The notes under the pieces were generated by a model, which was given only the letters and a program-made list of their open reading frames with translations, had not been told where the DNA came from and made no database searches. Made by a program: the position numbers and the translations under genes. Source: Eledone cirrhosa (taxonomy: Eukaryota). From it: a stretch of 64,000 bases of DNA. Location: assembly GCA_964016885.1 (NCBI GenBank), contig OZ024747.1, forward strand, positions 39,556,001-39,620,000, given 5' to 3'. Positions 1-13,300 of this stretch are shown piece after piece. How positions within the stretch are numbered: position 1 is the stretch's first letter; each line of letters starts with the position of its first letter.

Positions 1-1950
1 AACTATACAGTCGTTACATCGACGACTGTATCGGAGCCACGACCCTCGCCCGAGAACAGCTCGACTCGTTTCTCTCCTTCTTCTGCTCCTTCCACTCTCC
101 CTCCACTTCACCACCTCTATCTCCACCACCCACGTCCACTTCTTAGACATCTCCATCGCCTTCGACCCCTCCCACCACTCCCTCGTCACCTCCCCCTTCT
201 TCAAACCCACCGACTCTCACTCCTACCTCGATTTCACCTCTTCCCACCCCCCACACACTAAACACTCTATTCCCTACTCCCAACTCCTCAGGATCCGCCG
301 CCTCTGAAGCCGAGATGCTGACTTTGAGTCCCAGGCCCTTTCCCTAGTCAGCCATTTCATCCGCAGAGGTTCTCCCCCCCCTCTCTCGTCCACACCGCTC
401 TCACACGCGCCCGTGCTGTCCACCGCTCCACCACCCTCACCCCACGCCACCGCACACCCACCCACGGACTCCACTTCCCCATCACCTACCACCCCACCAC
501 CATACCCCTCCACCGCACCATCCTCCGCATCTTCCGACGCCTCCAGTCCGACCCCTCCACCTCCCACATCTTCCCAGCCCCACCACTCCCCTCCTTCAAA
601 CGCGCACGCAATCTCCGCACCCTAACCCTCACCCCCACACATCCACCCCCACCACCCCGCAACTAACATCACTAACACCCCCTGACCCCAAGCACACGAC
701 CACACACACCCACTTACACCACCCACTCTACACGCAACTAACATCACTAACACCCCCAACCCTACGCACACGTACACACACACCCTCTTACACCACCCAC
801 TCTACACACCCTACCACCACTGACCCACACTCATACCCTCATTCAACCCTTTCTCTAACTCCAGTATACTAACACCCACTAACACCCCCTTCACCCCACA
901 CACACACACCAGTACACTACACTCCCTCCATCGTCCCCCACACCCTTCTCTCTCCGCTCCACCCACACCCTTTCTCAAACACTCACTCATCCCACTAACA
1001 CCTCTACTAATATACACACCCCCCCTCCCCACTCCAACTTTCACACCTACCCATCCTCTCCCCTGTCCACCGCACCTCCGCACACACTGACACACCTTCA
1101 CTTACCATTCTACCCTACTGCTGCTATGCCCTCTGACCACCTCCCCGCACACACAGACACACAACCCTCCTCCTGAATTGACCCTCTGACCACTTCCTGT
1201 TGCGCGCGCACCCGACATCTCCCCTCTTCCGACCAATCTCTTCACGGATTACACATATGTTAACCTTGATCCCGAGAATCTACCACATCCCAGGATTGTA
1301 CTCAGCATTCCACCTCATCTTTTTTACGGAATTACCTTTGCGACTCACCCCAGACACACACCCAAAAGAATTTTTTTTCCCAACCGCCACCTTCATCCAC
1401 AACACGCATAAACACCACACACACACACACGTACGTACCACCACATATTTACATATTCAGCCTCCGGAATCCCATCCCCCACCCCTCTATCCACACATGC
1501 ACACACACTCTGACCTACACCCCACCCCACACACACCTCTTCCTGAACATGCAACCCCGTTCTTCCCCCAACCCTTGCTTTCACATACATCTCACACACA
1601 CACGTACACCTACACACACACACCACCTTCAGCCCTCCCCGCTCGGACACCCCGCCACCACCCCTACACACCCACACCCTTCCACCACCTGTTTTACCCC
1701 ATTTTAATTTATTTTGATCAGGCCTTTATTTTTAATTTCATTTGCACCGTTTCCTCTCACACCGTTTTTGCTATATGTCTCTCCACCACTCCCCTACACA
1801 CCCTCTGAACTCTCTTCCCACACACTTTTCACCTGAAGAAGGGCTTATGCCCGAAACGTCGTTCCCCACAACCACCCCACTCTCAAGAGCGTGAAATTAA
1901 TAAACCTTTGTTCGTACTGCCTCTCTGTTTTGTTCCCGTTCAATTTTTCA
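1..1950 (+). mobile_element. Penelope-like element 3' part (RT C-terminus/thumb, C/A-rich 3' region, terminal hammerhead and AATAAA)
   Basis: Manual translation of 3-666 with two frameshifts (~100, ~380): YSRYIDD..HFLDISI..FKPTDSHSYLDFTSSHPPHTKHSIPYSQLLRIRRL*S..ITYHP..IFPAPPLPSFKRARNL, typical of PLE RT/thumb. Hammerhead at 1833, AATAAA ~1899. Confidence 0.85.
1828..1865 (+). ncRNA. minimal type I hammerhead ribozyme motif (PLE pLTR)
   Basis: CTGAAGA-A-GGGC-TTAT-GCCC-GAAAC-GTC; palindromic ACGT stem III, weak stem I. Confidence 0.75.
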
Positions 1951-1963
1951 CTATATAGAAATA

Positions 1964-2003
1964 TAGATAGATAGATAGAGTGATAGATAGATAGATAGAT
2001 AGA
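1964..2003. repeat. (GATA)n microsatellite, left boundary of Tx1 array
   Basis: Direct. Further (GATA)n spacers at 3871-3922, 9708-9825, 10244-10349, 16079-16170 and 21968-22017. Confidence 0.95.
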
Positions 2004-3870
2004 TTTCTTTATTAGCCACAAGGGCGCAACAAGAAAGGGGACAATACAAAGACATGCCGGGGATTTTATATACAGTCGTGTAAAAAATATAAAAACAAAC
2101 AAACAATTTCAACAATCGAAATCCCCAATAGGGGGGAGGCGCCACAAATGGGTTGTTTAATACCCCGTCGATAGAACAACCCTCAACTCAAGGAGCGTGT
2201 TGTGCAAGTGCTCCTTTCTTCCTTTTGCTCTCTTCCTCAACCTACAGGCTTATAAACAGAGAAGGCCCAATCACTCGGGCCATTTTCGCTTCATTCACCC
2301 ACCTTTCAGTAAATTTACTGGGGTGCAGTGCCTCTCTCTCCACCCTGATTCTCCTTCTAAAGTGATACTTAAAGAATGGAATCAATTGTTGTCCGGAGAG
2401 AAAGGCATCTGTCCTCAGTCCTCTCAACCTCATCCACCATATAACTTCTTTCACCATAGCCACCGTACAGAGGAAAACCGCCTCTCTTTCGTTTTTGAAA
2501 GAGTCTGGCGGTTTGATCCTTACTATGGACTCGGCAGTCAACTGTATTTGTCCCATACGCGACAGCAGTTGTTCTGCATAGTTCCACAGGTCGCTTACGC
2601 CCGGGCAGTGTACAATTGCGTGCAGAACTGTTTCAATGTCCTGCGCACATCTTGGACACGTCCTCTTGGAAGGATCCCTGCCAGGGCGTCCGTGCCTGTA
2701 GATCTTGTCACGAACCGGTAGAGCTCCTCGGTAGCACTGCCAGGCCAGGGACCTCTGGAAGTTGTCCATAGGTCCCGGGCGGAAAGTCCTACCAAACATA
2801 CTGGTGAGCTCATCGTCTTCGACGCCCAGAGTCTCTCCGAGCACGTCGTCTCCCTTGTAACGTACAATCCCTCTATAGAATGTCGAAGTGGAGTCTCCAC
2901 TGATTGCTGCGCCCGCTTGCCAGAGGACTATGAGCGCCTGAGCGCATTCAATGTGCCAGGCGCCCATCGTTTTCGGTCTTTTCTTCACCCAGGACTGCAG
3001 CTCCGTTAGCGAGACGAGCTGTGGGAAAGCCTGTCTCACAAACGGTGCCCACACCGGTTGGGGGTCGGTGAGGAATACCTGGAGATGCCGCAGCCTCAGC
3101 CCATGTTTGCGCATCATCAGCCACGGCATTCCCAGCCCTCCGTTGGAAGGGTGCTGACAGCAGACGGATCTCCTCACCAGCGGAGCCTGCTTCTTCCACA
3201 GAAACTGGAAGAGCATGCGTTCTATCTTGGCGAGGTGTTCACGGGGACAAGGTACGACGGTCAAGCGGTAGTAGATGACGGACGCTATGAAAGTGTTCGC
3301 CACCTCCGCTCGACCTTTCAAGGACAGTTTGCACTCTGCCCACTTCTGAGTGATTGCAAACACCTTGGCCGTGACCTCGTTCCAGTTTTTCTCCACCTGG
3401 AGGTCTGGACCGAACCAGACCCCGAGCAATTTCACCGGTCCGTCCGTCCAGCGTCCAACGACGCTGTCGGATGTCATCGGTTTGCCTCTCCACGTACCGA
3501 GTTGCAAACCGACAGACTTGTCTGGGTTTAGTTTTGCTCCCGTCAGCGTTTCGTATTCTTTCAGTATGTTGCCGATCACCCCGATTTCCGAGGTGCTCGA
3601 CACCATTACTGTCACGTCGTCGGCATAAGCCGACGCCGCTTTGCGCAGTCCCGGTTCTAGGGGGATGCCCTGCAACAGCTCCAATTTCCGCAGTAGTGGC
3701 TCTAGAGTCAATACATACAGAATGGAGGAGAGAGGGCATCCCTGTCGAATGGAACGCGTGATTGCGAACGGCTCCGATAGGTAGCCGTTCACCTTGACTC
3801 TCGAGCAGATGCTGGTGTGCATCGCCTCGATCCATCCTCTGAACACGGGACTGAAACCGGCCGCCTTGAG
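2004..3870 (-). mobile_element. Tx1-clade non-LTR retrotransposon copy 1, 5'-truncated inside RT
   Basis: Open ORF 2242-3846 with SIRQGCPLS, AYADD, CPRC..H...C; 3' AATAAA abutting (TATC)n; 5' end joins GATA tract abruptly. Confidence 0.93.
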
Positions 3871-3923
<53 letters not shown>

Positions 3924-6900
3924 TGTTTCTTTATTAGCCACAGGGGCACAAAAGAAGGGGACAAATACAAAGGGGGAAGTTTACATACAATAAAAACGTG
4001 TAAAATGTTATCAGAAATGTAATTTTAAAAGTTAGTCGATTTTCCCCAATGGGGGAGACAGTTTATATGGGTAACACATACCCCCGAAAGAATGTGCAAC
4101 CCTCATCTCCAGGAGTACGAAGAGTTTGTACTCCTTTCCTCTCCTCCTCCTTTTCCTCAACCTACAGGCTGATATAGAGAGAAGGCCCATTCACTCGGAC
4201 CATTCTCGCCACCTTCACCCACCTTTCATAAAACATGCTAGGGTACAGAACCTCTCTCTCCGTCCTGATTCTTCTTCCAAAGTGGTATTTGAAAAAAGAA
4301 TCAGTTGTTGGCCAGAGAGAAAGGTGGCTGACCTCAGCCCTTTCAACCTTGTCCACCATACAACCTCTTTCGCCATAGCTATCACACAAAGGAAAACCAC
4401 CTCTACTTCGTTTTTGAAGGAGGGTGGCGGTTTGATCATGACATTGGACTCGGTCCTCAACCGGATTGGTCCCACCCAAGACAATAGTCATTCTACATAG
4501 CCCCACGGGTCAGTGACGCCGGGGCAGTGTATGAATGCGTGCGCGACGGTTTCTTCGTCTCGCACGCACCTCGGACAGATCTTTTTTGCAGGGTCCCTGC
4601 CCGGGCGCCTATGTCTGTAGAGCTTGTCTCGAACTGGTAGAGCTCCACGGTAGCACTGCCAGGTCAGGGACTTTTGGAAGTTGTCCATCGGTCCCGGGCG
4701 GAATGTCCTACCGAATAGATTGGCCAGTTCAGCTTCCTCTACATCTAGAGTTTCACCGAGCGCGTCGTCGCACTTGCTGCAGATCAACCCTCTATGGAAT
4801 GACGAAGTGGAGTCTCCACTGATCGCCGGGTCCACCTGCCAGAGGGCTGTGAGCGCCTGAGCACATTCGATGTGCCAGTCGCCCATTTTCCTCGGTCTTT
4901 GCTTGACCCAGGACTGCAGCTCGGTCAGCGAGACGAGTCGTGGAAAGGCTCGCCTCACGAACGGGGCACACACCGGTTGTCCGGTGAGGAATACGTAGAG
5001 ATGCCGCAGCCTGAGCGCGTGTTTGCGCATCGTCAACCACGGCATCCCCAGCCCTCCGTTAGAAGGGTGTTGGTAGCAGATGGATCTTCTCACCAAAGGA
5101 GCCCGCCTCTTCCAAAGGAATCGGAAGAGCGCGCGTTCCATTTTGGCGAGCGTTTTGGCTGGACAAGGCACGACGGTCAAGCAGTAGTAGATGGCGGACG
5201 CTATAAAAGTGTTCACCACCTCCGCTCGACCTTTCAAGGATAGTTTGCACTCGGCCCACTTCTGGGTGAGTGCAAACACCTTGGCCGTCACTTCGTTCCA
5301 GTTCTTCTCCACCTGGAGGTCCGGACCAAACCAGACCCCGAGCAGCTTTACCGGTCCTTCCGTCCAGCGTCCGACGACGCCATTGGAAGGCATCGGTTTG
5401 CCTCTCCACGATCCGAGTTGCAAACCGAGGGACTTGTCCCGGTTCAGCTTCGCTCCTGTGAGACTTTCGTATTCCTTCAGTAAGGTGCCGACTTCCTCGA
5501 TCTGCGAGGCGCTCGACACCATTACTGTCACGTCGTCGGCGTAGGCCGACGCCTCTTTCCGCAGTCCCGGTTCCAGAGGGATGCCCTGCAATAGCTCCAA
5601 CTTCCACAGTAGTGGCTCGAGAGTCAGTACGTACAGAAGGGAGGAGAGAGGGCATCCCTGTCGAATGGATCGCGTAATATGGAACGGCTCCGAGAGGTAG
5701 CCGTTCACCTTGACCCTTGAGCAGATTTTGCTGTTGTGCATTGCAGCAATCCAGCCCCTGAACACGGGTCCGAAGCCTGCCGCCTCGAGCACCGCATCCA
5801 GGTAACGATGGTCAACCCTATCGAAAGCCTTAGACTGATCCAAGTTGATCCGGGCCCCACCGAAGCCGGGTTTACACCCTACCCTCTCTATGATGTATCG
5901 CATGAGGTGGAGTTGTCGTGTATGGACCTGGTTGGGATTGCGCATGTCTGCGCTTCTCCCACCAGGTTCTCGACGACAAGCGCCAGCCTCTTTGCCAACA
6001 CCTTGACCAAAATCTGTAACTCTGTGTTTAGCAGAGTTATGGGCCGGAAGTTGCCTATGTCATCCCCCTTATTCTCGTCCTTCCTGATTAGTGTGCCCAC
6101 TCCCCCGGTTACAGAACTTGGAATTCTCCCGTTCTGTTGCCAGTTGCAGTAGACCGCTTCCAGGAGACCGGAGAATGAGTTCGGCATTGCTACGTAAAAT
6201 TCGTAGGGTAGACCGTCGAGACCTGGAGATTTGCGTTTGCCGCATTGGCTCAGCGCGTCCCCTATCTCAGCGGCTGAAATCGGCTTTTCGCAGAACTTTG
6301 CCTCGCTGTCCGAGAGTCGCGGTAGGCCGTCGAGGTATGGACCGAAATCCATAGCCTCTCCCGGCGCGCCGCCCCTCCCGAACAGTTGAGCAAAGTGCCG
6401 CTGAAAAGCCGCATACGTCTACTTCGTCTCACGTATCACGCGTCCGTTTTGGTCCTTCAAAAACCGAATCGTGGACTTGTTGCCACTTTTTGCCTCCGTC
6501 ACTCGGGCCCAGCTAACAGCTTTGGCTCCCTCGTTTCCCAGAGCACGTATTCTGCTTCTGACAACGCAGCCCTCGTGCTTTGCGTCGAAGAACTGGTCCA
6601 AGGCCGTTCTCGTTGCTAGCACGCTGGCTACGTTGCCACTTCTAATTGCCTCTTCTACTTTATCTACCAGTTCCTTCTCGGTTCTATTTCTATCTAACGC
6701 TAATTCTTTACTAAAAACTATCGAGTCTAATCTAACTGCCCTCTTGAGAGAGTACCACCATCTGTTGTTGACAATGGCCCCTGTCAAGTGCTGTTTAACT
6801 AAAGTCCTAATCCGTCTACTGTAGGCTTTGCTTGTCGGTAACGACAAGTTCAGCTTCCAGTAGCCGGGTCCTTCTCTATGGGTTCTATCAAGGTTGGCCA

Positions 6901-9707
6901 TGCAGATCACTAGTTTGTGATCTGAATAGGCAACCATGAACATTTGTGGACAGCTTAACATGTCCCTATCCTTATTTCTAACTAGAACCCTATCTAGGTA
7001 CGATCTAGATGTTCCGCTACGATTACTCCACGTCCACAGCGGCGCAGTCGGAAAATCTAGTCGATATCTATCGGCCAGGTCAAATCGGTCGATTAACTGT
7101 CTGAGGATGTTACACCCCCCATTATCGGGACAAGCTCCCACATAGTCCCAACGTGCATCTAGGATTCCATTCCAGTCCCCTACTAAAAGCAAGGAGCGGG
7201 ACGTTCCCAGAAAAGTCTCTAGACGTATGAAGAAGTCTGGTCGCGGTGTCCCGGATGGAGCATGTGCGGCCACCAGCCTGAAGGCTCCACCTTCACTACC
7301 GTCAACGTCTAGGACGACCAGTCGACCCTCCGGGTCCAGATGTACCGTCTGTTTTACGAGGCCCAGGTGTTTCCGCAGCAAAACGGCAACTCCGCCCCCA
7401 CCCCCCGGTTGACAGAGAGATGCGTAGATCTCAAAGTCATCGAAGATGAGGTCGTTTAAGAGTTTGCCCTGTTTCCAGGGCATCCCCAGGCCGCGTACAT
7501 TCAAACATCCAACTCTTATATTGGGCATGTTGGTGCTGAAAAGTTAAAAGAGGAAAAGAGATCACTTACCCTTCGTCTCCTGAGGACCAGGCCGTACGAT
7601 TTCCATGGGGGTGTTGGAGGGGTTGTCTGGATGGGTGGTGGTTTCCGGCGGGGTGGGGACGGAGATGTTTGGTGGGGTGGGGTCTGGTGGGATGGGGGTG
7701 TCTGGGGTGGGGAGACATTTGAGAAGGACGCGGTTGAGAGGTTTCACGCAGGAATTCCCCACATCCTTCTCAAATGTTTCTTTTAGGGACCTATAAGTTT
7801 GTATAGGGACCCTAATCAGTTTTAGGTTCAGATTTTTGCTATTTTTAATAGAGTGGGCGAAAGTTTTCCCTTCGGTTTTCACCGAAGGGTCGTTTGTGAT
7901 GGTCTCCATTAGTGTTTTGTTTTCAGTGTTTATATAAGTGTAAGTGTAATTTTCTTGTGTTATGTCTGTTTTTGTCTGTAGTTCTTGTGTGTGCTTTCGT
8001 TTTGTTGTAGGTATTTTGTTTTCAGGAGGTGGGGGTTTTGTTTGTGATGTTTTTGTTGTTTGTGTTGGTGGTTGTATGTTTTTGGTAGTGTTTGCTGGTT
8101 TTTTGCTTTTGTGATGTCTTTTCTTTCTTTCGAGCGATGGGGTTCTCCCTCGTCTTCGCTGGGTGATGGCGAGATAGCCTCATATGTTGTATCGTCTGTG
8201 TGATTGGGGAGGGGTATGTCTTGGGGAGCTGTTGTGTCTGTATGTGATTTTGCAGTGGTTTTAGGTGGAGTGGGGTTGAGTGGGACTGTGTTTGTTGTGG
8301 TTAGTTTTGTGTGTTGGTGTTGTTGTTGTAGTGGTGTTGGTGGTTGTGTTGTTTTGATGGGTGTCGGCAGAAGAGCCTTTTTTTTATTCATTAATTTAGG
8401 ACAGAAGCCCTCAGGTGACCCCTGCTAAAGCAATGGGAACATGAAGGCCGCCTACCCTCAACCGAAAAGTTTATGCAGGTGAGTCCGTCCTGTAGTACAC
8501 GCTGTGGGATCATAGCTATTCGCTCTGGGCTCATTTGCACCAGAACTTCAATGCTAGTCCCATTGAATACATCTCTGGGGGAATTTCCTACTGACAGTAT
8601 TTTGTCTTCATCAAAATTGATGAAGCCGCACAGTATCCACCATATGTTCACCTTTGGTGTGACACTTGTGATTTTGATCTTTTGTGTCCTTTTTCCCATG
8701 TATGTAGGGAAAAAGGTGTACAGGTTGGATACAATTGGCGACACCGAGTAATTTTGGGCCGTCAATTGATCCTTCATGAGTACCGAAATACACCCAAAAA
8801 GTTTGCTTCTTTGAATGAATGCAATATCATTCATTGAATTTTTGAAAACCAGTTCAATTTCTTTCTGTGACAATTGGACTGGTTTTCGGGTAGAATTGGA
8901 AACTGTCCTAAAAACTATCGTTTTGAGAGCAGTTTCCTTGCGAATTTCTACCGGAGAATTGATGCTGAAGGCACCATTTTTTTCGAAAGTGACATATCTG
9001 CTAGCGTCCTTTAAAAGTTGTTCTGCATTTGTTATGTCGAGATATGTCAGTTCCTCCCTTTTCTGAACTGTCTGTGCAAAGGAGATTTTTGGTTTCTTTG
9101 AGGAATTATCCGTGTTGGTGGTGTTGTCATTATTGTTGTTATTGCTGTTGTTATTCTTGTTGTCACCGATGTTGATATTATTCGTATTTTCCCTGGTGTT
9201 GGTGTTGGTGTTGTTGTTGTCCTTGATGCTGGTGTTATTGGTGTTGTCTTTATTTTTTTCTTTGTTGTTGTTATCATTGTTGCTTTTATTATCATTATTG
9301 GTGTTGCTTTTATTTTTGTTGTCATTGAACTGCTTGGTGTCATGTGTGTTGTTTGGATATGAATTCGTTTTTACATTTTCATTTCGTCTTTCCATCTCCA
9401 TAGTATCTAGTGAAGAAGACGATGTTGACTGCGAGCTTTGTAGTCTTACCGCCTCTACACCACCATTATCGTTGGACGCAGCGTTCATAACGTAATCAAA
9501 CTTTTACAATATTTTTTCCAAGATTCGATGGAGAAAAAACTTTTTCAAACTGATATTTCGCCCCTGTAGGGGCGATCCTGAGTTTACTCACCACCTGAAG
9601 GTCCAGACGGGGGGTCAAGTTACACAATAATATAAAATTTAACTAAAAACTGACGTTTTTTTCTTACATAAATTAACGGAAACTTCTCCGCAAAGTTACA
9701 CACGTCT
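3924..9707 (-). mobile_element. Tx1-clade copy 2, full-length, frameshifted, divergent subfamily
   Basis: ORF1 pieces 9488-7562 (poly-N, CSHCFSRGHLRA knuckle). ORF2 pieces 7528-4162 (GCLNVRGL, GDWN, SDHKLV, PGYWKLN, LDQSKAFDRV, YADD), ~24-aa deletion in APE relative to copy 5. Distinct UTRs. Confidence 0.93.
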
Positions 9708-9786
9708 GATAGAGAGATAGATAGATAGATGGATAGATAGATAAATACATAGATAGATATATAGATAGATATATTTCTTTATTTAT

Positions 9787-9825
<39 letters not shown>

Positions 9826-9826
<1 letters not shown>

Positions 9827-10242
9827 CTTTCTTTTTATTTGCCACCAGGGCATCAAAAGTGGGACAAGTACAAAAGGGGGAGTTTACATGCAAAGGCGTC
9901 CTCAATATAGAGGAGGCAATAACAAGATATAAAAGTATAAAAATAAAATAAAATATAACAAAATAAATTTTATAACAAAATCCTCAATAGGGAGGAGGCG
10001 CCTTGGGGGGTCGCACACACCCCCGAAAAAAGTGTGCAACCCTTTTCCTCAGGAGCACAGAGAAGGGGTGCTCCCTTCTTTTTTTGTTTAACTATTTCAC
10101 ATAAAGGCGTAGAATATTTTGAGAGACTGACCAGATCAAAATTTGACCTGGCAAATGATACAAAAATTAAACTTTACAAACAGGAATTTCTATAGAAATT
10201 TAAACACAACTTACTCAGCAAGTTTCACGCGTGTGTCCATCC
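9826..10242 (-). mobile_element. Tx1-clade copy 3: internally deleted mini-element (5'UTR fused to 3'UTR)
   Basis: 9826-10075 matches the 3'UTR of copies 4/5; 10080-10240 matches 5'UTR 15905-16078; GATA on both sides. Confidence 0.9.
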
Positions 10243-10250
10243 CAGATAGA

Positions 10251-10323
<73 letters not shown>

Positions 10324-10350
10324 CAGATGGATAGATATATAGATAGATAT

Positions 10351-13300
10351 GTTTCTTTTATTTGCCACCAGGCCATCAAAAGTGGGACAAGTACAATGGG
10401 AGGAGTTTACAAAACAAGTCGTCCTCAATAAGGAGGAGGCAATAACAAAATATAAAAATAAAATAAAATATAACAGAATAAAATATATAACAAAATCCTC
10501 AATAGAGAGGAAGCGCCTTGGGGGGTCGCACACACCCCCGAAAAAAGTGTGCAACCCTTTTCCTCAGGAGCACAGAGAAGGGGTGCTCCCCTGGTCTTTC
10601 ATCTTCCTCACCTATAGTCTGATGTAGAGTGAACGCCCATTCACACGGGCCATTCTCGCCACTTTCACCCATCTTTCATAAAAACGGCTGGGATGCAGCA
10701 CCTCTCTCTCCATCCTGATCCTTCTTCCGAAATGATATCGGAAGAAACGGACCAGTTGTTGGCCAGAGATAAAGGTGTCTGACCTCAGTCCTTTCAGACG
10801 CGTCCACCATACAACCTCTTTCGCCATGGCTATTACGCACAGAAACACCGCCTCTCCTTCGTTTTTGAAGAGCGGAGGCGGCTTGATCATTACAATAGAC
10901 TCGGTGGTCAACCGGATCGGTCCCACCCTTGACAGCAGTTGTTCGACATAGCCCCACAGATCAGCAATGCCCGAGCAGTGTACCAATGCATGTGCAACGG
11001 TTTCCTCGTCGCACACGCATCTGGGACAGATCTTATTCGAGGGGTCCCTACCCGGGCGCCCGTGTCTGTAGAGCCTTTCTCGAACGGGCAGAGCCCTTCT
11101 GTAGCACTGCCAGGCCAGGGACCTCTGGAAGTTATCCATGGGTCCCGAGCTGAATGTCCTACCGAACAGGTTGGCCAGTTCGTCTTCCTCCATGCCTAGG
11201 GCTTCTCCGAGGGCGTCGTCGCACCTGCTAACCAGCAGCCCTCTATAGAATGACGAGGTGGATTCTCCAGTGACAGTCGGGTCCGCCTGCCAGAGAGCCG
11301 TGAGCGCCTGGGCACACTCGGTGTGCCAGGCGCCCAGTTTTCTCGGTCTTTGCTTGACCCAGGATTGCAGCTCGGTGAGTGAGACGAGTCTGGGAAAGGC
11401 TCGCTTCACTAGCGGGGCCCACACCGGTTGCCCGGTGAGGAATACCTGGAGGTGCCGTAGCCTTAATGCGTGTTTACGCATCATTAGCCATGGCATCCCC
11501 AGCCCTCCTTTCGAAGGGTGTTGACAGCAGATGGATCTCCTCACCATAGGAGCCCGCTTCTTCCAGAGGAATTGGAAGAGTGCGCGTTCCATTTTGGCGA
11601 GCGTTTCCCTTGGGCAAGGCACGACGGTCAGGTGGTAGTAGATGACGGACGCTATATAAGTGTTCGCCACCTCCGCCCGACCTTTCAGGGACAGTTTGCA
11701 CTCGGCCCACTTCTGGGTCAGTGCAAACACCCTGTTCGTTACCTCACCCCACTTCTTCTCCACCTGGAGGTCTGGTCCGAGCCAGACCCCGACCAACTTC
11801 ACCGGGCCCTCCGTCCGGCGCCCGACGACGCCATCGGAGGGCATCGATCTGCCCCCCCCCCCCCCACCCCACACGTGCCGAGTTGCCAACTGATCGACTT
11901 GTCCCGGTTCAGCTTAGCCCTTGTAAACCTTTCGTACTCCTCCAGTAAGGTGCCGATCGACCCGATTTCCGAGGCTGTCCACACCATTACTGTTACGTCG
12001 TCGGCGTAGGCCGACACCGCTTTCCGCAATCCCGGTTACAACGGGATGCCCTGCAACAACTCCAACTTCCGCAGCAGTGGCTCTAGAGTCATTACATACA
12101 GAAGGGAGGAGAGAGTCCACCCTTGTCGGATGGACCGCGCGATTTCGAACGGCTCCGAGAGGTAGCCGTTCACCTTGACCCTAGAGCAGATGCGGCTGCT
12201 GTGCATGGCATTGATCCAGCCCCTGAAAACGGGTCCGAAGCCTGCCGCTGCTAGCACCGCATCCAGGTAACAATGGTCGACCCTGTCGAACGCCTTAGAT
12301 TGATCCAAGTTGATCAGGGCCCCACCAAAGCCGGGTTCGTTCCCAACCCTCTCTCTGATGTAACGCATGAGGTGTAGGTTGTCGTGGATCGACCTGTACG
12401 GGATAGCATATGTCTACGCATCTCCCACCAGGTTTCCCACGACAAGCGCCAACCTCTTTGCTCGCACCTTGGCCAAAATCTGTAACTCTGTATTTAGCAG
12501 AGTTATGGGCCTGAAATTATTTATAACGTCCCCCTTGTTCTCGTTCTTCCTCACTAGCGTGACTCCGCCATTGGTTACAGCAGAGGGAATTCTCCCGTTC
12601 TGTTGCCAGTTGCAGTAGACCACCTCGAGGAGATCGCCGAGCAAGTCCGGCATAGCTAGATACAGTTCGTATGGAAGACCATCGAGACCCGGATATTTGC
12701 GTTTGCCGCATTGGCTTAGCACGTCCTCTAGCTCAGCGGCTGAAATCGGCTCCTCGCAGGACTTCGCCTCCCTGTCCGAGAGACGCGGCAGGCCGTCGAG
12801 GTATGGACCGAAGTTCACATCCCCAACCGGCTCCCCGCCCTTCAGAACAATCCGGCAAAGTGCTTTTGAAAAGCCTCGCACATCTGCTTAGGTTCAAGGA
12901 TCACCCGTCCATCCTGGTCTTGCAAAGACCGGATAGTGGATCTGCTCCCCCTTTTGGCTTCTGTCACGCGGGCTCAGCTAACAGCTTTGGTCCCCTCGTT
13001 TCCCAGAGCACGTATTTTGCTTCGGACGATGCAGCCTTCGTGTTTCGCGTCGAAGAGCTGGCCCAGGGCCGTTCTCGACGCTAGCACTCTGGCCACGTCG
13101 CCGCTTCTAATTGCCTCTTCTACACTATCTACCAGCTCCCTTTCCTTCCTATTTCTATTTGAGGCTAACTCCTTACTAAATTCTATAGAGACTACTCTAA
13201 TCTCTCTTTTGAGAGATCCCCACCACCTGCTGTTGACGATGGCGCCCGTCAACCGCTCCTTAACTAAAGTGCTAATCCAGTTCCTGTAAGCCTTACTTGC

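Noticed and set aside
7536-7569. 34-nt GT-AG intron fusing ORF1 to ORF2 in copy 2
   Set aside because: Too short, gives an out-of-frame fusion, and the AG is absent in copies 4 and 5.
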